64,000 nucleotides of DNA from Candidatus Bathyarchaeota archaeon (lineage in GTDB: Archaea; Thermoproteota; Bathyarchaeia; Bathyarchaeales; Bathycorpusculaceae). Made by a program: the position numbers and the translations under genes. Below the pieces are notes generated by a model. That model made no database searches. It worked only from the letters and a program-made list of their open reading frames with translations, and was not told the origin of the DNA. This document shows, piece after piece, positions 22,580-32,023 of the stretch. The stretch covers positions 160,001 to 224,000 of the forward strand of contig OY970340.1 in the NCBI GenBank assembly GCA_963717465.1, given 5' to 3'. Numbering within the stretch: position 1 is the first letter of the stretch; each line of letters starts with the position of its first letter.

Positions 22580-23419
22580 TTACTTTTGGCATTTTGGGCA
22601 GTAGTACACTTGTCCGCCGCCTAAACTCAGCCTCTCCACATTTGTGCCGCATGCGGTGCAGGTTTGTCCCTTCCTGTTGGATCCCATGGCAGACAGGTAG
22701 CCGCCTCGTTTGCCGTATAAGTCGATAAACTGGTTCTTTCCGCCCGCTTTGATTCTTTCCTTGACTACAAATTGAATGGCGTCAAATAGTGACCGCTGTT
22801 CAGCCTCATTCAGTTCTGAGGCTTTCCGTTTGGGATGAATCCGTGATAGGTAAATTACATCTTGAAAAGCGCTGTTGCCTAAGCCAACGATGACGGCATC
22901 TTTGCCCACAAGGACTTGTTTGAGATTAACATTCGTCACTGCAAGTTCCCTTGAAAAACGTTTAAAATTAAAACTCTCCTCCAAAGGCGAAGCCACCGAA
23001 GAAAAGTCGCGTTTGTAAACGTAGCTGTCTTCAAGTTCTGAATCCGTGAGGGCTTTGATAACCCCCATGCCAGTCAAAGTAACCGTCAACATTGTTCCAT
23101 CAGTGAAGCCTAGTTTAAGATGATACTTGGAGTTGATAATTTCGCGTTTTGGATGAAAACGAATTATTCCACCATATTCTGGCGCGAGAAGCAAATTCAA
23201 TCCCCCATCAAGCTTGAGCCGGATTATGTTTCCTCTGGAGACTACGGATTCAATTTTGCAGCCGCGTAACCGATCAAAATCTGATAGGGGCTTGCTGATG
23301 AACCCCATTTTTTGGAATTTAGCACAATTTTGCAAATCAAAGGCTGCGACTTGCTTTCCAGTTATTTCCCTGTTCATCTGTATGGCGAGGAGGTAGGCTT
23401 CTGGCAACTCCACGCTCAT
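22580..23419 (-). CDS. Fpg/Nei-family glycosylase-like protein (H2TH plus Zn finger)
   Basis: VELPEA, GLGNSAFQDVIYLSRIHP, CTAC...YYCPKCQK. Confidence 0.88.
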   Translation of the reverse strand: MSVELPEAYLLAIQMNREITGKQVAAFDLQNCAKFQKMGFISKPLSDFDRLRGCKIESVVSRGNIIRLKLDGGLNLLLAPEYGGIIRFHPKREIINSKYHLKLGFTDGTMLTVTLTGMGVIKALTDSELEDSYVYKRDFSSVASPLEESFNFKRFSRELAVTNVNLKQVLVGKDAVIVGLGNSAFQDVIYLSRIHPKRKASELNEAEQRSLFDAIQFVVKERIKAGGKNQFIDLYGKRGGYLSAMGSNRKGQTCTACGTNVERLSLGGGQVYYCPKCQK

Positions 23420-23591
23420 ATTGTTTCGCACCTTGGAGTTGACATTTGTTTCTCCTTTTAGCATTATGAGCTTTTATAAATATAGGCTTGCCCTGACTTG
23501 GCTTGGGGTTTTATCTTTGTTCTGAGATAAAGCTTATGACTGCATTGCAAATCTGCAATCTTGCCATTACAATATATGTAAATATGCGAGA

Positions 23592-24470
23592 TTGCCATTA
23601 TATTGTAATGGTAACGTATGCGCTGTAGTTAAAAGAGTGAAAGGCACGCAAGCCTACTTCTATTTACAGCATTCGTATCGTAGAGACGGAAAAGTTATCA
23701 CTAGAGAGCGCTATTTAGGCAAGAGAATACCTGAAAATATTGAAGAAGCAAAAGCCCAGCTCCTGCATGAGGCACAAGACTCCATAATAGAGAAGTTAGA
23801 GAAAATAAGAAGCGAGTTCCAAAAGGAATGGCAAACATACCCCAAATCTGTAAAAGAAAGGGAGCTTTGGGAAATTACTATCGCTTTCACGTATAACACT
23901 AATGCAATCGAAGGGTCAACCATAACTCTTGAAGAAACAAGGGTAATACTGGAAGACCAAGTTGCCCCAAACAAACCTCTTAAAGACATCAGGGAAACGG
24001 CAGCTCATGCTAAAGTATTCCTTCAAATGCTAAAAGAACAAACTCAGATACCTCAAGCCGTGCTGCTAAAATGGCATGAAGAAATCTTTAGGGAAACGAA
24101 ACCGGATATAGCAGGAATATACAGACAGTGGCCTGTAAAAGTGGGACCCTACCTAGCGCCTGATTGGCAAACAATAGAAAAATCGATGGAACAACTAATA
24201 AAATTCATAGACAAGTCGACATTAAACCCAGTTGAACTTGCCACTCGGGCACACTACATATTTGAGAAGATACATCCCTTCGGCGATGGCAACGGCAGAA
24301 TAGGCAGGCTTCTAATGAACCACATCCTATGGAAAAAAGGCTACCCTATGCTCATAATTGAGAATTTAAAAAGAAAAAACTACTACAAAGCCCTTCAGCA
24401 ATCCGAGGAAGGTTTTAGAAACTATCTAGTTCGAAAGTACATAGCAACACACCAAAGATTTCTGAAATGA
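23592..24470 (+). CDS. Fic-domain protein (start uncertain)
   Basis: HPFGDGNGRIGR catalytic motif; TNAIEGS inhibitory-type motif upstream. Confidence 0.92.
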   Translation: MPLYCNGNVCAVVKRVKGTQAYFYLQHSYRRDGKVITRERYLGKRIPENIEEAKAQLLHEAQDSIIEKLEKIRSEFQKEWQTYPKSVKERELWEITIAFTYNTNAIEGSTITLEETRVILEDQVAPNKPLKDIRETAAHAKVFLQMLKEQTQIPQAVLLKWHEEIFRETKPDIAGIYRQWPVKVGPYLAPDWQTIEKSMEQLIKFIDKSTLNPVELATRAHYIFEKIHPFGDGNGRIGRLLMNHILWKKGYPMLIIENLKRKNYYKALQQSEEGFRNYLVRKYIATHQRFLK

Positions 24471-24474
24471 GGAT

Positions 24475-24561
24475 TGGCGCGGGATGTGGGATTTGAACCC
24501 ACGCGGCCTTTCGACCACAGACTTAGCAGGCCTGCCCCCTACCAGGCTAGGGCAATCCCGC
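24475..24561 (-). tRNA. tRNA-Ser(GCT), CCA encoded
   Basis: GCGGGAT/ATCCCGC acceptor stem, CAGGC-CT GCT AA-GTCTG anticodon arm, long variable arm, GGTTCAAATCC. Confidence 0.95.
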
Positions 24562-24944
24562 ATGAAGATACGTTGTTGTTCTAAGCCTGCTCTTAACTCA
24601 TTTAGGTGTGCAGTCTGAACACTTAGGTGATCAGTCTCAGCCATTTCAGTATATGATAATTTAATTAAAGTTTTCTGAACTTTAAACTGATAATCAAAAA
24701 AGTCTCAGTAAGAGATTTTTTAACTTACAATTAATTTTCAGAGATACCACTTTTTAATCGACCAATTATATCTTTAGATGGCGTCACAAAAGATTTGCTT
24801 TGAAACTCTGCTTAGAATAGAATTGATACAGAATATGTAAAAATAGACTTTAATATGATGGTTTTAGAAAAAAAATAGCAATTTTTATTAATAAGTCGAT
24901 TTTAATTAAGAATTTGATAAGCTAGTAAGCAAAGGATTGGCGAA

Positions 24945-26108
24945 ATGATGAAACAAGTCATGCAAGATATTGAACCAGAGTTACTTGACCGAGCTATTAA
25001 AATGTCTTTAGATGGAATTGTAATTGGCGAATTAACGGGTAAAATAACCTATGTTAATGATTCAATATTAAAAATGTTTGCCGTTCCAAATCAAAGCTAT
25101 GTGATAGGGAAGCATGTCTTAGATTTTATAGCTGATAAAGATAAGCGTAAAGCCTTTGATAATTCAATGGAATGTCTAATAGCAAATCAGGGCAGGAAAG
25201 AGCAATACACAGTTGTGGCGTTTGATGGCAGGGAAGTTCAAGCTGAAATAACAATTGCTTTAATAAAAGATGAGAAAGGAACGAACATAGGATTTGTTGA
25301 TGTGGTTAGAGATTTAACAAGTCAGGTATTAGTTCAAGATTCGCTTAGACTACGCTCGGAAGAATTGGAAGCTTTAGTTGATAAAAGAACTAAAGAGCTA
25401 CAGGAAGCCCAAAGTCGATTAATAAAAGCAGAGAGGTTCTCTGCAATTGGTGAATTAGCGGGCATGGTTGGGCATGACTTGCGCAATCCCCTTACAAGCA
25501 TCAAAAACGCAACTTTCTACTTGAAAAGAAAACTGGGTCAAACTGCTAATGCGAAAGAACTGGAAATGCTTGATATCATTGAAAAGTCAGCTAATTATTC
25601 AAATAAAATTATTACTGACTTGCTTGATTACTCAAGAGAAATTACTTTGGAAATTGAAGAGACAACACCAAAAGCTCTTGTTGATTATGTGCTTCTGCTC
25701 TTTCCATTTCCTAAACATATTATTGTTAAGGACAGGACAAGCAATGAGCCTCAAATTTGGGTTGACGTAAATAAACTTGAAAGGGTTTTCACTAACATAA
25801 TGAAGAATGCAATTGATGCTATGCCTGAAAAAGGAGTATTTGAGATCAGCAGTCAACAAGTAGGTGACAATGTTGAATTCATTTTTACTGATACAGGTAT
25901 CGGCATGTCCGAGCAGACTTTAGCCAAGATTTTTTTGCCACTTTTTACAACTAAAGCGCAAGGAATGGGGTTTGGCTTAGCAATTTGTAAGCGCATTGTT
26001 GAAGCTCATGGAGGAGAAATACAAGCTAAGAGTGAAACAGGCAAAGGCACCACATTCACAATAACTATGCCGATAGAAAAAAGCTCTCCAAAAGTCCAAA
26101 CCAAATAA
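24945..26108 (+). CDS. PAS-domain sensor histidine kinase
   Basis: PAS domain, HDLRNPLTSI H-box, N, G1, F and G2 boxes. Confidence 0.93.
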   Translation: MMKQVMQDIEPELLDRAIKMSLDGIVIGELTGKITYVNDSILKMFAVPNQSYVIGKHVLDFIADKDKRKAFDNSMECLIANQGRKEQYTVVAFDGREVQAEITIALIKDEKGTNIGFVDVVRDLTSQVLVQDSLRLRSEELEALVDKRTKELQEAQSRLIKAERFSAIGELAGMVGHDLRNPLTSIKNATFYLKRKLGQTANAKELEMLDIIEKSANYSNKIITDLLDYSREITLEIEETTPKALVDYVLLLFPFPKHIIVKDRTSNEPQIWVDVNKLERVFTNIMKNAIDAMPEKGVFEISSQQVGDNVEFIFTDTGIGMSEQTLAKIFLPLFTTKAQGMGFGLAICKRIVEAHGGEIQAKSETGKGTTFTITMPIEKSSPKVQTK

Positions 26109-26435
26109 GTTCCCTTTTGCATTAAGCTTGCCTGGATTATTTTGGCTCTTCAGTTTTTAAGTGCTTTTTGAATTTCGCTCAATTCATTCAATAAAGCGAT
26201 TATGTCTTTTTAACTTCTTCTAGATCTGCGCTAATGCGTATAATTTAAGAGTTAATGCCACCAAGTTCTTCGCGCAATCTATCATTGCTGAACTAATGAC
26301 AACTTTTTCAAGCAGGACAATTTTTTAAAGACCCAGCAATATTAGCGCCAAGGATTGAAGAACGCCACGATTTTTTGTGTGTCTGGATTTTCAACTCACT
26401 TATGCTTTAATGCTGCATGAGCCTTTGCGTACCTG

Positions 26436-26603
26436 GTGATAGATATAGCGAATCCAGAAAAATGTCCTGTTTGCAACGGTAGTGGAGTTTTAGAAGAAAA
26501 AGGAACAGTTTTCATTGCCTCTAGTTTTTATGGTGATAAATTAGTTAGAACCGAGAAAGGAGAAATTCGTTGTCATGAGTGTGAAGGAAAAGGAATTATC
26601 TGA
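26436..26603 (+). CDS. Small DnaJ-type zinc-finger protein (55 aa)
   Basis: CPVCNGSG...CHECEGKG, i.e. two CxxCxGxG motifs; below the track cutoff. Confidence 0.75.
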   Translation: MIDIANPEKCPVCNGSGVLEEKGTVFIASSFYGDKLVRTEKGEIRCHECEGKGII

Positions 26604-26802
26604 GTTTCACAACTTATTTGCAAAAGAATACATTCAGGTTAATCCTTTCTTTTTCAATTAAATACGTTTCAAGAAATTTTTAGTGATTATTTACTTTCTG
26701 CAGTTGTCCTTTTCATTATTTGATTTTTCTAAAAAGCAAATAATTTTTATGTACTTAGCAAGCATGTATTCTTATAAAGTAGGAGAAGAGTAGGAGAAGA
26801 TC

Positions 26803-28176
26803 TTGATGGACCCAAGTACGATGGAACTTTTTGATAGATTCTTATTTGCTTTCACCATTGGATCTCATATTGCACTTGTTTCCGCGAGTATAGCATTAAT
26901 TGTTATAATTTCGATAGCAGAATTTTTATCAATACGCAGAAGCGACAAGTACTATGGCACTTTATCTAAGCGGCTTTCCAAAGCGTTCGTCATAGTTTTT
27001 GGGATTGGAACAGCAAGCGGCATAGTCATGGCAGTGGAGCTTGTAACCCTTTTCCCCACGTTCATGACACTTGTTTCCACGACTGGAGCAATCGCAATCA
27101 TTTACATTGAAATTTTCGCGTTCTTCATTGAGACAATACCGCTGGTGATGTACGTTTATTATGCTAATTATTTCAGCAAGTACGCCCACTGGGCACTGTC
27201 AATAATTATCGCGGCAGGCGCATTTCTTTCAGCTGTACTTATTACAATGCTTAACGCGTGGATGAACACGCCTAACGGCTTTGACCAATCTGCCTATGCA
27301 AACAGCGGAACAGTCACGGGAATTGACGTTTGGGAGCCATTCTTCACAACTTCAACTTTAAGCGAGGTAGCCCATGTTCTCCCAACGGTGTTATTCGCAG
27401 GAGTAATGCTCGTAGGAGGCTACTTTGCATGGCGTAGCATTAAATCAAAAAATAAAGAAGAAAAAATCATGCTTACAAAAGGCCTGAAAATTACGGCGGT
27501 GCTCGGAATAGTCACAATTGTCCTGTCAGTACTAACTGGAATAGTTCAGATAGGGACATTGCTTCAGCTTCAACCGTTAAAGTTTGCAGCGCTTGAACTT
27601 AACCCCATGCCAGGCACTAACCTGCCTGAAAAATTGTTTGGCAGTCTAGTCAACGGTCAGTATGTCGGCGGCATCGAACTTCCTGGGTTGCAATCATTCC
27701 TTGCGCGGACCGAAACTGGAATCACACAACTTCCAGGGCTATCACAGTATCCATCAACAGACTGGCCTCCGCTCTTTGTACATGCCACTTTCGATATAAT
27801 GGTAATCGGAGGCATGTTACTTGGATTATTCTTCTTAGTCTATCTTATTGATTGGGCAATCTTGAAGAGAAAACCCCACGAATCCAAACTCTTCGTGTAC
27901 AGCTGGGTCCCTCTGGGTTTCTTCGCGTTAATAATTATGGAGTTGGGTTGGGTAACAGACGAGGTTGGGAGACAGCCTTGGATAGTCTACAACGTAATGC
28001 GGGTCGACGCGGCAGCCAACTACGGCTCAGGCTTCCTAATTCCAGGCATCCTAATCATCGTTTTCTACATCGTCTTATTGCCATTAACGTATTACTTCTT
28101 CTCAAGAATCTTCAATTCCAACCCGATGCCTGAAGCAGAAAACCCCAAACAAAAAGATACTGCAAAAAAGGTGTGA
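26803..28176 (+). CDS. cydA: Cytochrome bd oxidase subunit I
   Basis: GSHIALV, NAWMNTP, QPLKFAALE, GWVTDEVGRQPW. Confidence 0.93.
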   Translation: MMDPSTMELFDRFLFAFTIGSHIALVSASIALIVIISIAEFLSIRRSDKYYGTLSKRLSKAFVIVFGIGTASGIVMAVELVTLFPTFMTLVSTTGAIAIIYIEIFAFFIETIPLVMYVYYANYFSKYAHWALSIIIAAGAFLSAVLITMLNAWMNTPNGFDQSAYANSGTVTGIDVWEPFFTTSTLSEVAHVLPTVLFAGVMLVGGYFAWRSIKSKNKEEKIMLTKGLKITAVLGIVTIVLSVLTGIVQIGTLLQLQPLKFAALELNPMPGTNLPEKLFGSLVNGQYVGGIELPGLQSFLARTETGITQLPGLSQYPSTDWPPLFVHATFDIMVIGGMLLGLFFLVYLIDWAILKRKPHESKLFVYSWVPLGFFALIIMELGWVTDEVGRQPWIVYNVMRVDAAANYGSGFLIPGILIIVFYIVLLPLTYYFFSRIFNSNPMPEAENPKQKDTAKKV

Positions 28177-28180
28177 ACAA

Positions 28181-29137
28181 TTGAACCTCATATTTGAAGT
28201 ATACTTTGCTATCTTCGCAATATTTGCATCAATTCTAATAACAGAAATCATGGGCTCTGTACTGTTGCTTCTTTTCTGGAAACAAGCAAAATCCAAAGTT
28301 CTCGAATACGTTGCACCCATATGGGAAGTAACAGGCACATTCGCAGCATTCCTAGTAGTTGCCGGAGACTTTGCCTATCCCACACTTCTGATTCCAGTCG
28401 CTGACCTTTTTGCGCCGTTGCTAACAGTGTTTTTGATACTGTTTGTTGCAAGAAGTGCCTCATTGGCTTTTGCAGAGTCCATAATCAAGAAAAGATGGCT
28501 TGATCAAGAAAAACTATACAAGGCGTATGCTGTAGCAACATTGATTCTCGGTATAACCGTTCTAGTTCTTCTTTCCGCCCTAATTAGCGGCGCAGGCATT
28601 AATCTTACTGCAGATACATTTTCAATCGGAAACTGGGTTTCCTCCTCAGGCTCCCTTCTTTTCATGGTAGGCACGTTGCTCATAGGCATAGGCGCTGCAC
28701 CCATATTCTTCTCCCTTGATTCAATGAAGAAAATCGTTCTGCCAGTAACTGCGGTCGGCATCGGCCTCTCAGTCCTCGCTTACTACTTGTACCTGCCGTC
28801 GTCTCTCTCCGTCCTTATGCTTATTCCAGTTGTTCTCACTCTACTAGTCGGTCTTCTCTTTGTAGTGTCGAAAAAGACGGCTGCAATAGTGTCAAACAAG
28901 GCAGTCTTCATCGCAGCACTTAGCGTCGTAATATTTTCTCTTCAGTTTCTGGTTTACCCCTCCGCAGCTGGCGGAGCAATCACAATTGACAACGTAACGA
29001 CATCAGGCCCATTAACATCAGCATACTTTGCCATCACAGCCGGCGGAGTACTGTTGCTGGCAATTCTACTCGGATTCTACATGAAAACTGTAATGCACGC
29101 TAAAAACTCCACACAAGGAGCAAATCAAACTTACTAA
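28181..29137 (+). CDS. cydB: Cytochrome bd oxidase subunit II-like
   Basis: Multi-TM protein, PIWEVTGT motif, directly after cydA. Confidence 0.75.
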   Translation: MNLIFEVYFAIFAIFASILITEIMGSVLLLLFWKQAKSKVLEYVAPIWEVTGTFAAFLVVAGDFAYPTLLIPVADLFAPLLTVFLILFVARSASLAFAESIIKKRWLDQEKLYKAYAVATLILGITVLVLLSALISGAGINLTADTFSIGNWVSSSGSLLFMVGTLLIGIGAAPIFFSLDSMKKIVLPVTAVGIGLSVLAYYLYLPSSLSVLMLIPVVLTLLVGLLFVVSKKTAAIVSNKAVFIAALSVVIFSLQFLVYPSAAGGAITIDNVTTSGPLTSAYFAITAGGVLLLAILLGFYMKTVMHAKNSTQGANQTY

Positions 29138-29203
29138 GTTTAAAAAGCTACAATACCAAGCTAGGGCAATCGTAAAGCTTCTACAACTAAGTGGTCTTTA
29201 ATT

Positions 29204-29893
29204 TCAGGATTTATACGTGTTTATTACTTGTTTTAGTTTCTCCAAAACTCTGTCAGCAGCCTCTTTATCTGGAAATTCAAGGTCGCCTTCCTTGGGTGTT
29301 GTTGCGGCAAAAAGGCATAAAGCTTCAATGTTTTTAAGTTTTGCAAGTCCAAAAACCAATCCTGAAAAACCAAGAAAAGGTCCTTGGTAGCCGGTTCCGA
29401 TATCAAATTTTTCTTTCATTTCAGTGATGAGTTTAGGACTGTTTGCTGCACAGTATACTTTTTTGTCTTTCGACCCATACCCAGCAATCACAACCATTCG
29501 CTTAACACCTTTTTCACTGAGAAAGCTAACTGCATCATCAGCTACGTTGTATTGTCCTTCAAAGTTTGGATGGTAGCCTCGAACTAAAATTAGCGATTGC
29601 TCAGTGCAAGCGTAAAACTGGACTTTAGGCAAATCCAAACTACCATGCTCAACGATTACTCCTCCTTCGCCTGGAAGTAGCGGGTTAGCAGCATAGGAAG
29701 GCATCGTTTGATAAATTGAAGGCAAATGTGTCGAGTATAATTCTGCGATTAGTTGAGCTTTCGTTTCCACGATGAGACTGTCAACGGCGAGTTTGCCGAT
29801 GGATCGCAGTCCAGGCGACCCGACAACCGCCACTGGCTCAACAAGCTTGGGAATTTCATAACGGGTAATCCATATGTCTTTTTGCGTTTCCAT
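29204..29893 (-). CDS. PAC2-family proteasome assembly chaperone-like protein
   Basis: GSPGLRSIGKLA, GFSGLVFG, PDKEAA. Confidence 0.85.
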   Translation of the reverse strand: METQKDIWITRYEIPKLVEPVAVVGSPGLRSIGKLAVDSLIVETKAQLIAELYSTHLPSIYQTMPSYAANPLLPGEGGVIVEHGSLDLPKVQFYACTEQSLILVRGYHPNFEGQYNVADDAVSFLSEKGVKRMVVIAGYGSKDKKVYCAANSPKLITEMKEKFDIGTGYQGPFLGFSGLVFGLAKLKNIEALCLFAATTPKEGDLEFPDKEAADRVLEKLKQVINTYKS

Positions 29894-29904
29894 GCAACTC
29901 AGCC

Positions 29905-30681
29905 TTAAGTAACATAGCTTGGTTTCTTGCTTGACTGCTTCATTTCTTCACTTAAACGTTTTTCAATCTCTGTCATTCTTGAAATAGCCTCATCCATCTG
30001 GGAAGCCTGCTTCTCCATTGGACCCATGTCAATTTTTACGCCTAAGAGTTTCGTCAAAATATTCAGCGCTGCATTACCAGCTTTAGGATCAATCATGAAT
30101 TCTCCAGCTGCAGTCTGGTAACCATGAGTTTCAGCCAGCAAACATACCCCCTCAATATCCTTCTTTTTGGCAATGCCCATGATCAACCCGTTTTCGCCGC
30201 CGATAATACCTTCATCCAAAGCCTGCACTCCAAGAGCCTTAGCCTCTTCAAGCATAGGTGCTGATGTCGCAGTACAATAAACTGTAGGCACATCAAATGG
30301 CTTCTCAGTCACCAACGCCGCAACCGAAACCACTTTCTTCACACCATTTTCCTTAGCCCAATCAATAACTTTCTCGGTAATTTCATATTGACCTTCCGGC
30401 GAGAAAACCTGCGAATTACCAGACAAAAACACGAAAACTCTCCCGTTTTCATCGTTAAAACAATATAATTCATTCCTAAGAAGCTCTACCAACCCATCTT
30501 TATTTATAACGACGTAGGGAGGAAAATGTTTTGAGTAAATTTCACCAATTAACTCAGCCTTAAGCTGCTGAACCATGAAATCAACTGGTAATTTTCCAAC
30601 GTAAGCTGTACCAGGCAACCCGCAAATAAGAGTGAACTCTTTCGCAGGAAGCGATTTTAGAATCTTTATTTCGGAATCCAT
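29905..30681 (-). CDS. PAC2-family proteasome assembly chaperone-like protein
   Basis: GLPGTAYVGK, IIGGENGL, CLLAETHG, DPKA, C-terminal SYVT. Confidence 0.88.
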   Translation of the reverse strand: MDSEIKILKSLPAKEFTLICGLPGTAYVGKLPVDFMVQQLKAELIGEIYSKHFPPYVVINKDGLVELLRNELYCFNDENGRVFVFLSGNSQVFSPEGQYEITEKVIDWAKENGVKKVVSVAALVTEKPFDVPTVYCTATSAPMLEEAKALGVQALDEGIIGGENGLIMGIAKKKDIEGVCLLAETHGYQTAAGEFMIDPKAGNAALNILTKLLGVKIDMGPMEKQASQMDEAISRMTEIEKRLSEEMKQSSKKPSYVT

Positions 30682-30784
30682 AAGTTAAGAATTCACGCGC
30701 CCATTATTAAGTTAAATGTATTGTTGCTACGACAGAAGACAAATCCAAGAGAAAAAACGAAAATCAATAATTACGAAAAAAGTT

Positions 30785-30947
30785 AAAATTCAGGTGCCAT
30801 TCAACGGATCGCTTTGCGTGCAAACGGGATGCTTAGAAGAACACTTTGGGAGCCTAAGCCCCATAGTGCTAATCCAGAACTATCCTCGTTGAAAGCAGCA
30901 GGCAATCCGTCGAACAGCGCAAACATTTTGTTCGCATTTGTTTGGCA
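30785..30947 (-). ncRNA. Candidate structured non-coding RNA (long irregular hairpin)
   Basis: 17-bp closing helix 30918-30902 / 30812-30796 with four G-U pairs that work only on the minus strand; nested inner stems; U-tract downstream. Confidence 0.6.
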
Positions 30948-30954
30948 ATAATAG

Positions 30955-30972
30955 TTATTTCAATTGAAATAA
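30955..30972. promoter_or_regulatory. Perfect 18-bp palindrome TTATTTCAATTGAAATAA
   Basis: Lies between a minus-strand TATA-like box and the candidate ncRNA. Confidence 0.5.
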
Positions 30973-31045
30973 GATAAAATTTTGTGGTTGCGTTTAAGCA
31001 GTCACAAAGAAGGTTCAAAGTTGCAGAGGATTCTAAAAATGTAGC

Positions 31046-32008
31046 TTAGGTTTCTTCGCATTTTTTGAGAAGCCATTGCCAACGTTCATCTGTTAATCGT
31101 TGAATTTCATCGAGCAAAGGCTTGTTTTCCGCGGTGAAGACGTGCCTGTATCGTCCTTGTCCTTGAAGGTACTCTTTTACTGGCTTTTTCTTTTGGGGTG
31201 CTAGTGCGATTACTTTGCTTGGTATTGACAGCTGGCGTTTTCCTTTTACTGCTTCCCAGATTGGAAACACGCATGATTCCACGGCTAGTTTGGAGTATTC
31301 GATTGATTTTGCAGGGTCGGTTCTCCATCCTCTGTGGCAAGGAGCGAAAACATGCAGGAAAGCTGGGCCTTCAACTTCTAAGCCTTTGCGCACTTTTGTA
31401 AGCAGATCTTTCCAGTAGTATGGTGATGCTGTAGCGACGTATTCCATTTCGTGAGCCAGCATGATCTCGGTGATTGGTTTTTTGCGTTCAAGTTTGCCGT
31501 GCACGACTGAACCAGCAGGCGTTGTTGTTGTTGAAGCACCCAACGGCGTACCACCGCTTCGTTGGATACCTGTGTTCATGTAAGCCTCGTTATCATACAA
31601 GACAAACAAGAAATCGTGTCCACGTTCAACTGCACCAGACAAGGCTTGCAGACCAATATCGTAAGTGCCTCCGTCTCCAGCAATAGCAATAATGTCAACG
31701 TGCTCCTTTATTTTGCCTTTCTTCGTCAGGGCTTTTAATGCAGCGTCAATTCCCGAAGCGTTCGCTGCGGCTGTTTCAAATGCAGTGTGAAGCCAGGGAA
31801 CTCCCCAAGAGGTGTAAGGGTAAGTTGAAGAGGTAACTTCCATGCAGCCTGTTGCTTGAGTGACAATTGTGGGGCCGCGTGTAGCCTTCATGATTAAACG
31901 CATCACGACGGCAGGAGCACAGCCCGCGCATGCTTTGTGACCTGAAAGGAACAGATCAGGCTTTAACGCGATATCTTTATTCGTGAACTTCCATTCTTGA
32001 CTTGTCAT
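31046..32008 (-). CDS. porB: Pyruvate/2-oxoacid:ferredoxin oxidoreductase beta subunit
   Basis: GHKACAGC, GDGG..YDNEAYMNTG, APCHRGW. Confidence 0.93.
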   Translation of the reverse strand: MTSQEWKFTNKDIALKPDLFLSGHKACAGCAPAVVMRLIMKATRGPTIVTQATGCMEVTSSTYPYTSWGVPWLHTAFETAAANASGIDAALKALTKKGKIKEHVDIIAIAGDGGTYDIGLQALSGAVERGHDFLFVLYDNEAYMNTGIQRSGGTPLGASTTTTPAGSVVHGKLERKKPITEIMLAHEMEYVATASPYYWKDLLTKVRKGLEVEGPAFLHVFAPCHRGWRTDPAKSIEYSKLAVESCVFPIWEAVKGKRQLSIPSKVIALAPQKKKPVKEYLQGQGRYRHVFTAENKPLLDEIQRLTDERWQWLLKKCEET

Positions 32009-32023
32009 TTTTTTCTCTCCTTT

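Noticed and set aside
24426..24644. 72-aa ORF in the track
   Set aside because: Overlaps tRNA-Ser and is spurious. The same applies to the many antisense shadow ORFs within long genes.
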